51,896 nucleotides of DNA from Stylophora pistillata (taxonomy: Eukaryota): the NCBI RefSeq assembly GCF_002571385.2, contig NW_019217900.1, positions 551,856 through 603,751 of the forward strand, written 5' to 3'. Positions 1-12,943 of the stretch are shown here, piece after piece (within the stretch, counting starts at the first letter, position 1; every line of letters begins with the position of its first letter). A model generated the notes under the pieces. It was not told where the DNA came from and did no database searches. It saw only the letters and a program-made list of their open reading frames with translations. The position numbers and the translations under genes were made by a program.

Positions 1-59
1 TGTCAGCGCCATAAGGAACATAAAGAGAACAAAAATGTTAGGGTATAAATAATATCAAC

Positions 60-3000
60 CTTTAAAGTTAAAATGTTGTCTTTTGGTTCAATGGTAGTCT
101 TGATGAACAAGCCTGCTTTGATGACGTTTTGCACTTTGATACTCAGGCCTGGGACGGCCAGTTTGTCACCAGAAGTGAAAACATGAGTCCAATCAACGTC
201 GTCTTCTTTAACCTTCACATTGATCGTCACGGTGACAGGTTCATCACATCTGTGGAAAGGTATTCATATTATAGCCAGTGACAGGAGTGAGACGAGAGAA
301 TAAATTTAAACTACTAGAGCTGGTTTCTGTTTTACTTGAGATATCAAAAGTCTGTTGTATCTCCCGTCTCTTCGAGAGTGCAAATGCTCTTCACCAACCT
401 CGTGACCTGGGCCCGACTTTCGATCCTGACGTCATGCGCCGGTTGACTTCATCGCTAATTCTTGTCTCCCGATCCCACCCCTCCTCTCAAGTCGATTTAT
501 AATGAGTGGTCCCTTGGGGAGTACCTACTTTACGAACTTTATAGCCCATATATGCTGTTAACGTACCTGTTAATAGTAACTTTAAGAGTAGAAGTTTTTC
601 CGCCATAGTTCGTGCTACACGTGATCTGAGAACAGTCGCCTGTTATGGAACAGTCTCCCGGGAGATCCCTTGATGCACACTTGTCTTTTCCAGCCAACCC
701 ATTTGCGACATTATGAATTAGCTCATCTATTATCTTGGTTGCAGATTCTGAAAGAAACAGGAACATCAATCACGTTTGTATAGGAAGATGTCGTTTCGTA
801 ACTGGAGGTTACAGGCTTCTATTTAGGACAAAGCGTTAATATGAGAAAAACTTGTCCCGCCCACCAGAGTTACCCTTTCTGCTAAGGTGAGACAACTCTC
901 CTCCCCCCCTCCCCCCACCGAGTTGTCTGGCCTTCCCAAGACGAGTTCACAACCTCACATAATCGGTCGGCTGAAGTATTTAAAGAATTCACCATACCTT
1001 GGCATCAGTGCAGAAGTCAAGAACTAATATAATTCATTTTGAACTATATATACTGACTGTGGTGTGAATATCCAACAAGTTTCCACGGTAAATTATCTAG
1101 GTGTTACCTTTGATTCAAATCTGACATGGAAGAATAATATTGATGGGCTCTGCTTATGACTGTTAACAACTGTAGGAGTCTTCTCAAACTTGAGGTACTA
1201 TGTTGGCATTGATATACTTCATATAGTTTATTATNNNNNNNNNNNNNNNNNNNNNNNNNNNNNNNNNNNNNNNNNNNNNNNNNNNNNNNNNNNNNNNNNN
1301 NNNNNNNNNNNNNNNNNNNNNNNNNNNNNNNNNNNNNNNNNNNNNNNNNNNNNNNNNNNNNNNNNNNNNNNNNNNNNNNNNNNNNNNNNNNNNNNNNNNN
1401 NNNNNNNNNNNNNNNNNNNNNNNNNNNNNNNNNNNNNNNNNNNNNNNNACATATCCAACTTATTTAAAGCCAGTGATTACTTTCCAAAAGCGTATACTCG
1501 GAATTATGATATTTTCCGAACCAGCATCACATTCAGAACCACTGCTGAAATCTCTCAACCTTTTAAAATTCTCTGATATAATTCATCTTGAGATTCTTTC
1601 TTTTGTTTATCAGTGGTCCCATAAAATAACTCCTTCCTGTTTTACTAATTACTTGAAGTCAATATCTTCTGTTCATTCACATTATACACATCAATCAGTG
1701 AATGAGAACAACTCAATATGGTATTCGCTCCCTTCGTTCCACTTGTACCACTCTGGAATTTGCCACCAATTAATATTAAACAAATCACTCCCTTTTTTAG
1801 ATTTCGTCAAAATATAAAGAATTCTATGATTGATGGTTATAATAGTGTTAAATAGTTTGTGTAACTATCTTTTATTCTTAATAGTTAGTACAAAAGTAAT
1901 ACTTTTTTTAATCTAAATTGTTGTATTCCCTATGAATTTTTTGCTCTGGGGCACCTGCTCGATTAGTTCTTAGAACTATTTGGGTGACCCAAACTCCCCA
2001 CAACTAACATAGTATTTAAAATATTCTTTTCTTCCTCTCCTTCCTCAATTCTCAGATATCCTTAGTAAAAACGAATTTTTTTTTTCTGTACTCTTATTGT
2101 ACTGTATTCCTTATATTGATATTTGTAAAACTGGTTACAAATATCAATATAATGATGGTAAATTCTCCTTTCTTGATATATTTATTGACAACTCTTCGAA
2201 TGATTGTGTTTTTTCAGTTTTTCATCAAAAAACCTACACTGGTCTCCTAACAAATTTCTTTAGTTTTATTCCATCATGCTACAAAATTGGCCTTTTGTAA
2301 ATCGGACCTATATATCAAACTAGTTTTCACTTCTTTTAAAATTAAAAATATGTTCAGTGTTAAAATCGTACTCTAATGCTCTAAAATCCATGGTAGTTTA
2401 TCAATTTTCTTGTGCTGGATGTAATTCCCATTACCGGTATATTGGCGAAATTGGTTGCCACTTCTCTACTAGGATAAAGGAGTACATGGAAAGGGATAAA
2501 AACTCGCATATTTTTAAACATTTCAACTCATCTCCTCCTTGTAAGAACAAATACTCCCTTTCTTGCTTTAGTATCTGGATTCTGCTAACAACTCAATTGA
2601 TTTAAAACTCAAAGAAACTTTTTAAATAAATAAGATCAAACCTGAACTAAACAATTACAGCATTATAACTCTTTTCTAGCGTTTTAGTTCACACCTTTGA
2701 TGTTTGGTGTCACGTTGTAATTAGTACCCGCTTTTGTATTACATCATACTGTAAATATTTTATTCATCTACTTGTCTGTTATATAATTACGCACGTTCTG
2801 TTACTCATTGATTGAAGATAAACATGTCTCTCAAAAATGTTGTCTATTTCTCACAATATTTGTAACACTATTGTAATAACTATAATTTTCTCTAGGGCAC
2901 TGTATTCGTTTTCTCAGTAAAAACAGGAAGACTACGTTTATACAAAGTGGAGGTCCGCGCTTAAATGTTGATGAATTAGAATGAATTTGACATCAAGTTA

Positions 3001-4889
3001 CCTTCACGGTTAGGAACTTTGCCCAATTGATCAATCAATGCAATCATTTTATTTAGACACGGTAAAAAATTCACCAGGTACAATAAATTCTAAAACAATG
3101 ATTAACATCCTAAAACCCAAATCCTAAAAATCCTATTCCTAAAATTATATTGATTTACAACAATATACCAGTTAAAAAACTGATTTCCATGAATGCCGTG
3201 TTTAAAAATTATGATAGACAAGGCGTTTAAATTGATTTAATGAACCAGGCTCTCCAATGTTACAGGGCAAGCTGCTTCAAAGGGTTGCACCGCTGTAACT
3301 AAAACTATTTTTCATGTAGTTAGTTCTTGGAAAGGGGACAAGTTTGTTTACCGAGTCCCTAGGAGAATTCGCTCCGACGAAGGGCTAACGCTCGAAACGT
3401 CAGCTTTTGTAATCGGTGGCCAATTTACCATTTCAACTTTGTTGATATATCCAAATTATCCCTCAGAGAATAGTTTGATTCATTTTGCTTTATAAATTTA
3501 GATGGGAGATGTTCGGGAACCAGCGCGTTTAAAGACTTGAAAACCATTAGGACGTTCTGGTAAGTTTGACGTTGAGATTTCAAGTTTTTCCAGCTGAGTT
3601 TGCGAAACAAGGAATTAACATCTACGTCATAGTTTGATGAAGTCATTACTCGTGCAGCACGGTTCTGTAGTTTTTGTAGCTTGCTAGATAATGTTTTGCC
3701 ACAATTACCTAAGACTAGGCTGCAGTAATCAATGTGAGATTGCACTAGTAGATATTGAGTAGGGTAGATCGAGGCACAGGTGGTTTAACTCCCTTTATGG
3801 CTCAATTGCAGAAGCGATCTTTTTATCAAATTACAGTTAATCAAATGTGGGAATGCCACGTTAAATTTTCATCTTGATCTTTGCCTGGAGCCGATCCACG
3901 TGAATTCAGTTTTTGTAGTGTTTAAGGTAAGTCTGTCAGACACAAGCCATTTGCTTAGCTTTTCAAGGTCGTGAGATAGACTAGACTGTGTCGACAAAAC
4001 TGAGTCAAGTGCAATTCAGAACCAGCATATGTAATGTGGGTATTATCATCAGACATTTAACCCCGCAAGATGGCTGGATCACAAACAAAAGCTGAAATAA
4101 TCTCAAATCTGTTCATTTACCTTCGGGATAAACTTCAGAATACCCGGCCACTCATTTACATGGCACTGAATAAGAATAGCATCTATTGTGTTGTGCTTCA
4201 TTCTTCAAAGCCTCCAAAACCTACCTTCGCAGTAAAATACTCTTAAATAAAGTTATTGTGAACTTAAGTTGTACTTTGTTTGATGAAGTAACTGTAGGGT
4301 AGAAATATTATCAAGCAAATCAGGACGGAAACGAACTTGGCAAAGCAAACGAAACGAACTTGGCAAAGCAAAACATCTAATGAACAGAACAATAGCTCCG
4401 CATATCCGTTTTGCAAACTTTGAACATTTCTTAGCCGTCCACTGCCGAAAAAACGTGAAATCACTAAAATTTGCGTAGTCCGAGAACTGAAGTTTCAATT
4501 TGAAATCAGATCAATCCAACGCCGTTCACAAACTCGTCACATGTAGTTCATAGACGGCAAACACAGCCAGCCCTTAATTGGGAGATACCAGCAAAAACAT
4601 TTATCGGTCCATATTTCAATCGACGTCTTTCTCGGCGTTTCCGTCCGAATTTCTTAAGGTACGAATAGATAATACGAGTTAAGAACTGCCTTGCCCATCA
4701 TTTGTAACTGTTGGCAGTTCCGAGCATTTGAAAAGCTCATTTCTGCAAAAGTCGCCCCATGATTATAGTAAAATAACAGGCAAAACAATTTAATAACATA
4801 CAATTCGTACCTTCATCCAAATAAGCCCTGCTTTGTGGCACAAGAAATGAGGCAAACACGAGCACTAACACAGACTGCTTCACGGCCAT
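60..4889 (-). CDS. Secreted/extracellular Cys-rich protein, 5' part only (continues beyond left edge); uncharacterised
   Basis: Exons 4811-4889 (MAVKQSVLVLVFASFLVPQSRAYLDE, signal-peptide-like), 567-747 and 60-249. Boundaries are GT-AG and phases 1,2,0 join into one open frame (...KDKCASRDLPGDCSITGDCSQITCSTNYGGKTSTLKVTINRCDEPVTVTINVKVKEDDVDWTHVFTSGDKLAVPGLSI...). The donor after position 60 (GTTGAT) is the weakest. Family not firmly recognised. Confidence 0.8.
1050..2140 (+). mobile_element. Decayed non-LTR retrotransposon 3' fragment (CR1/L2-like RT C-terminus), spanning the assembly gap
   Basis: Translates to YLGVTFDSNLTWKNNID and FSEPASHSEPLLKSLNLLKFSDIIHLEILSFVYQW, typical post-RT LINE motifs; contains stops and frameshifts. 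Boundaries approximate. Confidence 0.65.
1235..1448. other. Assembly gap (N run)
   Basis: Continuous n characters. Confidence 0.99.
2150..2860 (+). mobile_element. Penelope-like element remnant (RT thumb + GIY-YIG endonuclease fragments)
   Basis: FSFLDIFI...SVFHQKTYTGLLTNFFSFIPSCYKIGL (PLE RT C-terminus), then VVYQFSCAGCNSHYRYIGE...TRIKE...SHIFKH (GIY-YIG); internally deleted and frameshifted. Confidence 0.8.
3045..4060 (-). mobile_element. Decayed LINE (RT C-terminal region), 5'-truncated, carrying a small Penelope-derived insert
   Basis: ORF 3425-3745 SHIDYCSLVLGNCGKTLSSKLQKLQNRAARVMT; related to the element at 45270-46860 (both end near ttagacacggtaaa). Confidence 0.8.
3370..3405 (+). 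ncRNA. Minimal type-I hammerhead ribozyme-like motif inside a ~95-bp Penelope pseudo-LTR fragment (about 3366-3460)
   Basis: gct-CCGACGA-a-gggc-taac-gctc-GAAA-cg-TC-agc: 3-bp stem I, U4C core variant, 4-bp stem II, loopless stem III, GUC cleavage triplet. The same motif occurs in the Penelope terminal repeat at 41433-41468. Confidence 0.6.
4330..4662. mobile_element. Degenerate MITE, same family as 49794-50159
   Basis: Shared blocks cagaacaatagctc.gca, tttgaacatttcttagccgtcc, cgtgaaatc, aatcgacgtctt...ggcgtt.ccgt...cttaaggt. Confidence 0.6.
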
Positions 4890-6402
4890 GTTTTCAGCTT
4901 TAGTCTTCTATATCAAATTTCGTTGTTTGCTCTTAATGTTAATTAAACGCGTAGTCAATCATTATAATATTTATTGAACGGGGATTATGCATACCGCACT
5001 CACTTCGTCCAATATAGAATCTACCAGGTGCTTTTTTCAGAACCAGGGCAAGTTTTGATTACAATAAGAAGAAAACTGCTGAATGACATAATGCAAAACC
5101 ATAATACTTGTACGAAAAGGAACGGAAGGAGGAAATACATGTGTTAAATAACTTCACCGATGAAAGAACTGTAAAAGGACGGTCGTCTTAGCTTTTTTCT
5201 TTTATTTCTTCCCTTTCATTTTTTTTTCCTCTAAAAACTGTGGGGCACCGCAGTCTCTGCGGCATTCTCCTCGTCTCGTCACGTCACGCATTAAAATGAG
5301 TGTTGTGTGACAAGACTGAACTGAAGCTGCTGGGGACAAGTCAACTTTCATCATCCTGGGGTATTCTTTTAAGGGAAGTTTGTCAATTTTTTTTTCTGCT
5401 GAATTTTTTATTGACTTGTGTGATGGACGAACAGGAAAGACTGCTCGTAGTCCTCCTCATCCTTGTCTTCTTGTTCAAAAGAAATATGTCAAAAGAACAA
5501 TTTTTAAAATCTTAAATCATCTAGAGTTGGTTGGGTGGAGCACATCTTCTGGTTACTGGCATCCTGTCCCAAAATTGAATAAAAGTTGACTGGCAAATAT
5601 TTTATTTCCATTCCATCAAATAGGTATCTTTTTCTGGAAACATTTCCCAAATGTTTTTTCCCAAAATATTTACATCTGATATTACATTTTTTTGGTTGAA
5701 ACTAGCTCCAAATACATCTACATGCGATATCACATATTTTGTTAACATTTGACAGTAATGATTAATATAATGCTTTCTGTAACAATATTTACTTTGTCAA
5801 TTATTTTCAATGAGGTACTTTTCACATCCTATTTGAAAAGCAAAGTTTCATGTCACATTGATGACAATATTACTTTCAATATTTTTCAAAATGAATTTTC
5901 ATTTTTTCTTTTGAAAATGTCCACTATTCCCCTATTCATTCCATGTGCTATGTCACGTATCAAATGAATGGAAATCCCAGCAAAGAATCTTAATTCTTAC
6001 AGTTTCAAGATTAAACTTACAACTTCAATAATTCTGTATTGTACAAACTTTGTGGTTACCTTCAATTGGCAACAATGGTAGATTTACATCAGGTTATTGT
6101 AATACTTCAAAATGGCTGAAGAACATTGTCACCGTATTGTTTTAAATTTGCAGAACTGAGGCTTTGCAAAATAATTTTTAAGTCTAAAGCACCAGAACTT
6201 TATTAAGAAAAATTCACCACTGGGTCAGAAGAGTTACACTGCCAACTATAGCTCAATAAATAACTTTGTTATAAATAATTTGAGAATGATTATTAATTAT
6301 GTCTATTTAGCCCTTAAAAAGTCCATCTCATCTCAGTTACCTAACATATCCTACTCTTTAAGTAAAAATTGAATTCAAACTAAAAGTTTCCAGTGCATCA
6401 TT

Positions 6403-9400
6403 CTAGATAAATGTCGTCTTTTCACTCACAATATCATCGTCAAAGTCTGAATCATTAGCTTGGAATGCTTCATTGTTAAATTCCATTTCATGTGTAAACT
6501 GTTCCATTTCCAGCTGCTCATACAACAATCCTTCCACACCCTCAAACCCAGTCTCCTCTAGGCTCTCAGGAAGTGGTTTATTCAGAGTCTCTGGCAACAC
6601 CAGGCTTAGCAGCCCAGCCGCAAAGGAACACATTCCAAATATCATCATGGGTAGAGGGCGAGTGTAAATGCCCTGAAATGTTCAAAATTAGTTACATAGT
6701 TATTGCATTTGATTCTTATGTTATTTGAAATTGTAGTACGATCCCTTGGCTCAGAGCATTGAGTTTCTGAGTCTGACAGACTTGAGATTTAGGCAATCGT
6801 TAACAACATTTTATGCACAAATCACACTTTTCTAGACTTTTCCTTTGTAACAACTAGCTATAGTCACAGTTTTAATTTTGGTCAAAGCTAGTTGTGCGTG
6901 TCTAATATAAAAACAAAATCTAACTTACCAAAAATACCACAAATGGAGAACAAATTCCCCCAATTCTGGATGCCATGGAGCACACTCCCATTCCAACATT
7001 CCTAAAAATCAAATTATTCCAAAAATTAGAGTTTGTGTTTGCATGTGAGTGCTCAATACTTTCACTGAGGAGTGTAGCAAACATTATAATGATCACAAAA
7101 ATTTTGGACTAGTAAAAATGTGCACAAGGGAGATACTTATGAGAATTGCAAACTACTAGTAAGTAAGAGGAGGGGGGATGGCTCAGTGAAAAATTTTCTA
7201 GATATTTCTTACTGAGTCCCCCCTCCCTCCCTCTCCTTTAAGTTTGTTAGATCCACCCTTTCCTTACCCTCACAAAGTTAATATTGTAATGCCTGGCTTC
7301 AACACTTCATGGGATTATCTAACACTCACTTGTGAGAAAATATACCTGATAAAACAGGTTTCATGAAATGCAACAACTATATTTTGCAAAATGCCGAGCA
7401 AAACTAAGTTTCTTACCTTACTACAGTTAGATGAAGTTCCACCGAATAAATGTAAAGTTTCTTACCTGACTACAGTTGGAAGAAGTTCAGCTGAATAAAT
7501 GTAAATAACAGCAAATGATGCCGAGATTCCAAATTTGCCAATCATGGCAAACACAGTTGTTAACACCCTGTAAACAGGTTTGGTACCTAAATAAAAAGAA
7601 AACAATTTAAATTTAAATACTTTTTGATTTGTTTTTCATGTAAGATTAAGACTTTGTAAAAAAAAAAAAAAAAACGGTGTCACTGACCTGTTTGAAAAAA
7701 TAAGCAGGTCAAGCATGCAGTTCCTCCAATCACCATGTAGTAACACAGACTCCGGCGACGGCCCACCCTGAAACAAATTTTAGACATAGATTCAAATATT
7801 TATTGATTCCAGTAGTTTTCTAACTTTTGATCCATGTCTGAAAACTACAAAGATAGCATCATACTAAACAAACACATGAAATATCCTTATAGTTATGGTC
7901 CCAGATGATACACTGGATTCATAACCTTGTCCTAAAGGATTTTCTGGTTTGATTCCCCTTTCCCATTTCTAAAAAACATCTAATGCTAGCCTCATGCAGT
8001 GTGCTTCAACCCTTTCATTGCCAAGATTTCATTAGAAATTCTCCTTACTATCTGCATACAATTCTTATGATGTTGGTTTGGAGAATTTGGTATTGAATCA
8101 ACTAATAATCTCTGAATTGATACTTTTCTTTATTCTCATTACTTGTCTGCTTGATTTTGTACTGATATTGAAAGGAGAAATTCTTTCTTGGTCACTCATG
8201 GGAGTTAAATGATAAAATGCTTGCTTTTAAGTACTCCTCTTTCCCTCAGAATTCCCAGCACAGTAACAAACAAACAAACAAACAAACAAACAAACAAAAA
8301 AACAATTACAAAAATCATCTTCATTTCAAATAAAATTATGTAAAACAAATTTAAGAATTTCTCACCAGTTGATGAGACACACACTTGTCAAGTATGCAGG
8401 AACTTCCATGAGGCTTGACAAGAAAAAGTTCTTGTAAATGTCCCCACCTAAGTGCTTGGTGTTGAGTGACAAGCCATAATAAACAAGTGTATTCACAAAC
8501 CTTGAAAAGAAAAACATCAAGTGAGCTACATCAGTATGCATATTCTCCATACCGTTTTCTATTCATTTTGTAAGGTGTTAATTGATAAGAAGAATTTGTT
8601 TGACAATCAAGAGCTTCTGGTGTTTGCATTTATTTCCTTAGTTATTCTCATGAACTAAATGTTTGATTCTGATGATACTGTTGAAAAAATTTCATGCTTA
8701 TCTCTCTTTGGGCTGATTTACATGATATGATTTTGTTGTTTTTGACAGACTCACCCATATCGTATTAACTTACCATAAGTAGAACAAGACTATAGTAATT
8801 TTAGCAATCTTCAGGTTGGATAGAAGGTCTAAGCAGCCATATCTGTTTCCAACAACAGACAGTGGACGGCTCACTTGTAACAGAATCTTGGGAACAGCTA
8901 TACCATTTTTCCTTGCTATACTGGATAGAATGTCCTCAGCTTCAGCAAGGCGCCCACGAATTATAAGCCAGCGAGCTGATTCAGGAACAATTCTGTGATA
9001 GTAATCATATTGCATTTTCAAACTAAGCCAGTTTATTGGCAATTTTTTAACCCTAAGATCTGTTTGTCAATTCTCCCTTCTGGCTGCTACACATTTCCTT
9101 GTAAATTAGCTGGAAGAATTTGTTGCTTAATTTAATAATTTAATAATAAGTTCTTATATAGCGCATTAAAATTGAACTCTATGCGCTTAAATGTTAGATC
9201 AAGATAATAACTTCTACCTGATTAGTCTGAGTATTCTCATGACCTTTTTGCTTAATAACATGTGAATATAATAAGGAGAAGTTATATGATAATCACTTCT
9301 GAAAGCTGAAGGGTTTAAACTTACCTCAACACTAAATATAAAGAAATTATTTTCAGACTTTGAATGCATGACAAACAGTTCCTCATTTTTTTTTTAAATT

Positions 9401-11409
9401 TCTAAATCCAGTTTAACTTAAGAGATTATCCAATAATATTCACTTCCCCTTTGCCAAATAGGTGAATTCATAAATAAATTTTAAGTTTAAGCTGGAATAT
9501 ATGTGACAAAATTCCTCCATATTAGTCACTAATTACAGAGCCTGTTAACCGTTTTGATCACTGCAGGAGTTGAAGCTAGCATGAATTGACAAAAAACCTT
9601 GCACCTACCTAAAAAATAATATAAAAACATAAAATGGTAAAGACAGCAGAACTGACAATGTCCTCCAGTCACGAATCAAATATGCAACAATTGGAAGAAT
9701 TAAAAGTCCAGATGTAAAGAAACATTGTGCCATTGTGCCAGCAAACCCTCTGTAAGACGGACCAATAAGTTCTGTTGCTAATACAAAGGCAGATAGTATT
9801 TCACCACCAATCCAAAATCCAGTCAAAAATCGTAATAAAGCATATATTCTGTATGTTGGAGCAAATGAGCTTGCAAAGCCAAATATGACAAGCCCAGTGA
9901 AGGAAATATACCAAATTTTCCTCCTTCCGCATTTATCAGCTAAGGCTCCGAGAATGACTGCGCCTACTAATGTCCCAGCCATAAGAACAGATTGAACTAA
10001 ATCCACTTTGTAAGCATTTTCGCATATCAGATTCCACTGAAAATAAAAAATTTACAGGATTAACATAATCAATTACAATTTATTATCCTTACTCTGTGTT
10101 CAGTAAGAGTTAATGAAATTAGTTAGGTATTATTAATTGGAATTACTATAATCTAGAATAGCACTGGCTGATGCCTGAGGACTTTTTCCATAGAATGATG
10201 CAAGTTACTGGCATTTTTTTGCCATCATACAACAGGGAAACAGAAGGTAAAAGGCTTTTCCTTGCTTAGTCGCTAGCAAGGAAAAGCCTGGTGCTTTATA
10301 ATCTTAACTAACTAATTATATTTATTTTAAACTATTTTAGAACTGTGACTTTGTAAATAGCACCTTTGGACCCATGGGAAAGAGCGCTCTATAAATGTCT
10401 TATTGTTATTATTATCATTATTATTATTAATATAAATGTTAATTTTTAGTCCAAGTTTTCAGATGAGCAATTTTGTAGTTTTTTATTACAAACCTTTATT
10501 TGTGTTTCAATCACTTTAAACCCTTTTAAGTTAATTACTCTTTAAGAGTGATCAAGAGCGTCACTCGTTAACCATAATTCTATGATAATGATGTGTTTTA
10601 CTCTCAATAAGTAAAGTTCTAACTTACTAACTTTAGTTTAGTAGTAAAACAGGTGCGTAGATGTGCAGTGGACCGTGAAAGTAGCGAATGAATGAATAAA
10701 TAGAGCCACTAGTAAATCAAATTTGAACAAAAAATTCCTGACTTCTCGTGTCTAATAAACAAGCTCGAATTGCAAACAAAATAACGCATAGACAGTGTCA
10801 AAAATGGATAATAACGGACTGCGTAGCACAAGTCACGAAACAGTTTCGATTAAAGTAATTCACTTAAGACATTCAGCGGGAGAGAATTTTATCTGGGCAA
10901 ATGCATAACTTAGCAACCAAAAAAAAATATGTCAAGGTTAAGCTTCAGTAACAGAAATATGATTTAGTATATGAATACAGAAATTTAACTATATTCGGAT
11001 CTAAAGAAGTCTGTAGAAGTCACTTAAAAATTCTCTTAGAAAGCTTTTTTCGTTCGTGCATATTATTGGTTTATTAATTAAAAGCTTAAAATGCTAATTT
11101 ATCCTATACTCTTTGTGAGAACAAAAATATCGAATAAAAATTGAATTTAAAACTTAGAGCTGATCTTACCTCTGTGACGATTGAAGTAAATTCTGAAGTG
11201 TACTGGACTTCTGAGCAGTGTGATTTATTCCTAGGGCATGTTTCGTTCGACGCAGAATTCAAACAAATCCATTTTGGCTCGGCTCCAACAAACACTTGTA
11301 ATAGCAGTTGAAATGCAGCGGGAATAAGAGATAAATTTAGCAACGCATACAACCTTCTTTGATGAGGCCCAAATTCTCCAATTATCCGCAAAACGTGATC
11401 GAATTCCAT
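6403..11409 (-). CDS. SLC22-family (MFS) organic cation/anion transporter, 8 coding exons, 521 aa
   Basis: Exons 11170-11409, 9609-10036, 8774-8992, 8366-8500, 7688-7767, 7466-7586, 6929-7001, 6403-6672; all GT-AG, sum 1566 nt in frame. Motifs: [82 protein letters not shown]. Subfamily (SLC22A15-like or other) cannot be resolved by eye. Confidence 0.93.
7406..7505. repeat. 49-bp tandem duplication of the SLC22 exon-6 3' end plus its splice donor
   Basis: aagtttcttaccttactacagttagatgaagttccaccgaataaatgtaaa versus aagtttcttacctgactacagttggaagaagttcagctgaataaatgtaaa. Confidence 0.9.
8005..8210. mobile_element. Short interspersed repeat/MITE family (aaccctt...caagat...gggagttaaa); other copies near 8520-8715, 9046-9318, 16099-16615, 23808-24200, 40808-41010
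   Basis: Recurring blocks aattctccttact, ggagaatttg, ttattctcatt, ggagaa...gatcact. The best copy (16095-16619) has TTAA-CCC...GGG-TTAA termini, which suggests piggyBac-type derivation (inference). Confidence 0.65.
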
Positions 11410-12943
11410 GCTGGTTTTTCACAGAAGTTTGTCTACCTCATTTGATTTCCTTTTGAAGTTAGGCCACAATGCAGTAACGTCGACCATTTCACGGTATTAA
11501 AGTGAACGAAGAATCACCCAATCGATCGAGGTTCGCGCGTGGCGGCAACTTTTTTTCTTCACTGCTTCGATCTCAGCACAACTTTACAATGCTAACGCAG
11601 GAATTCCTTTTCTTTCGAGAGACCCATGTCATTATAAAACTTCGCTACCATATGATCACTTGATCTTTTGTTTTAAAGGAAGTAAATTTATAGATGACGA
11701 GCCAAGCATGAACAGGTGCAGGTCATGGTAACCAGGCAATATTGAAGCAGGCTTGGAGGCTAAGTGAATAAAGGAGTCCACTATGAGGGAGGGAGATGGG
11801 AGCGTTTGTTACTGCAAATGGGGTCCACAAAACTGATGAATTAATAAATAGCAGAGAGGAGAGGGCTGACTTGTTGAATTTTAAAGAAAATAAAGAATTT
11901 CTTCAACTTCTTCCTTTGTAATTTCCTATTGGAAAAGAGATCTTAATTTTAAACTTGGTCTCAGTGGGAAGGAAAAAAGGAGAAAATAAGAGTAGGAAAA
12001 AACACCAGAGCCAAGTCTCCAAGGAGATTTGAGTCCTTGCAAGTTGAATTTTTTACAATAATAAGCCTCATTGACTAAGCTATCTTAAATGCAGTGTGGT
12101 CAAGGAAGTGGCCTGAGTTTCTAGAGCCAATCACTCTTCAAAGAAACCATAATTAAAGGCAATCCCATATATTACTTTTAGCACTTAACTGAAAACTGCT
12201 CTCATTATAATCATGAGTGAAACTTTATTAAATTAAGCAACTAGATGCATGGTATCATGTAACAAAACATTTACTAATTGATAACTTTCCAAAGAGAAAG
12301 AAACAAACTATCACCAGAATAGTTCACTTAACTGAAGGTAGAGTGCCATTCAAAAACTGAAGCTATCTTTTTGTAGAGATGCTTCAAATACTTATGACAA
12401 AGCTTTGGAATTTATTAAATACTGTGAAACAGCATCACACTTCAATGATTAATATCCCTTCTTCTTGTAATTATCCACAGGGAATGACAGGGTGACTGCA
12501 TAATATAGGTTAGCAAGAAAATTTTGTGTAGTGCCTGAAGAGTTCTCCCTGAATGAAGTCCCTCAAGTTCCCCCCAAAATGCTGTTGGTTACAAAGAAAA
12601 GGATTGTAAAATTCTGGATTTTGATAATCTGACATACACACTGGTAAGTAGTGGATCATCATAAGAAGTGACCACAACAGCAGTTTAACAACTTATTTCA
12701 GTCTATAAATATCTGTTCTAAAAAGAATAACATCTATGAACATGATATTCAATTTTACCCTCCATATCAGATCAAATGATATAGTATTCAGTATTAGGAT
12801 CCATGTCTGCCCACCTTCCCCTCCCCTATTACCCAAAAAACCAGTCAACTGATGACAAGGGTTAATGTTTGGTTAGGGGAGGGGTAAGTATGCAGTTGTC
12901 CAGAGACTAATATTGATCCCCCTTTGCCATTCCACATAAGTTG

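Noticed and set aside
1190-1576. ORFs containing X runs
   Set aside because: Artefacts of the N gap within a LINE remnant.
2805-2850. Possible hammerhead at the end of the first Penelope remnant (ttgaagat...caaaaatgtt)
   Set aside because: Both core boxes are too degenerate to call.
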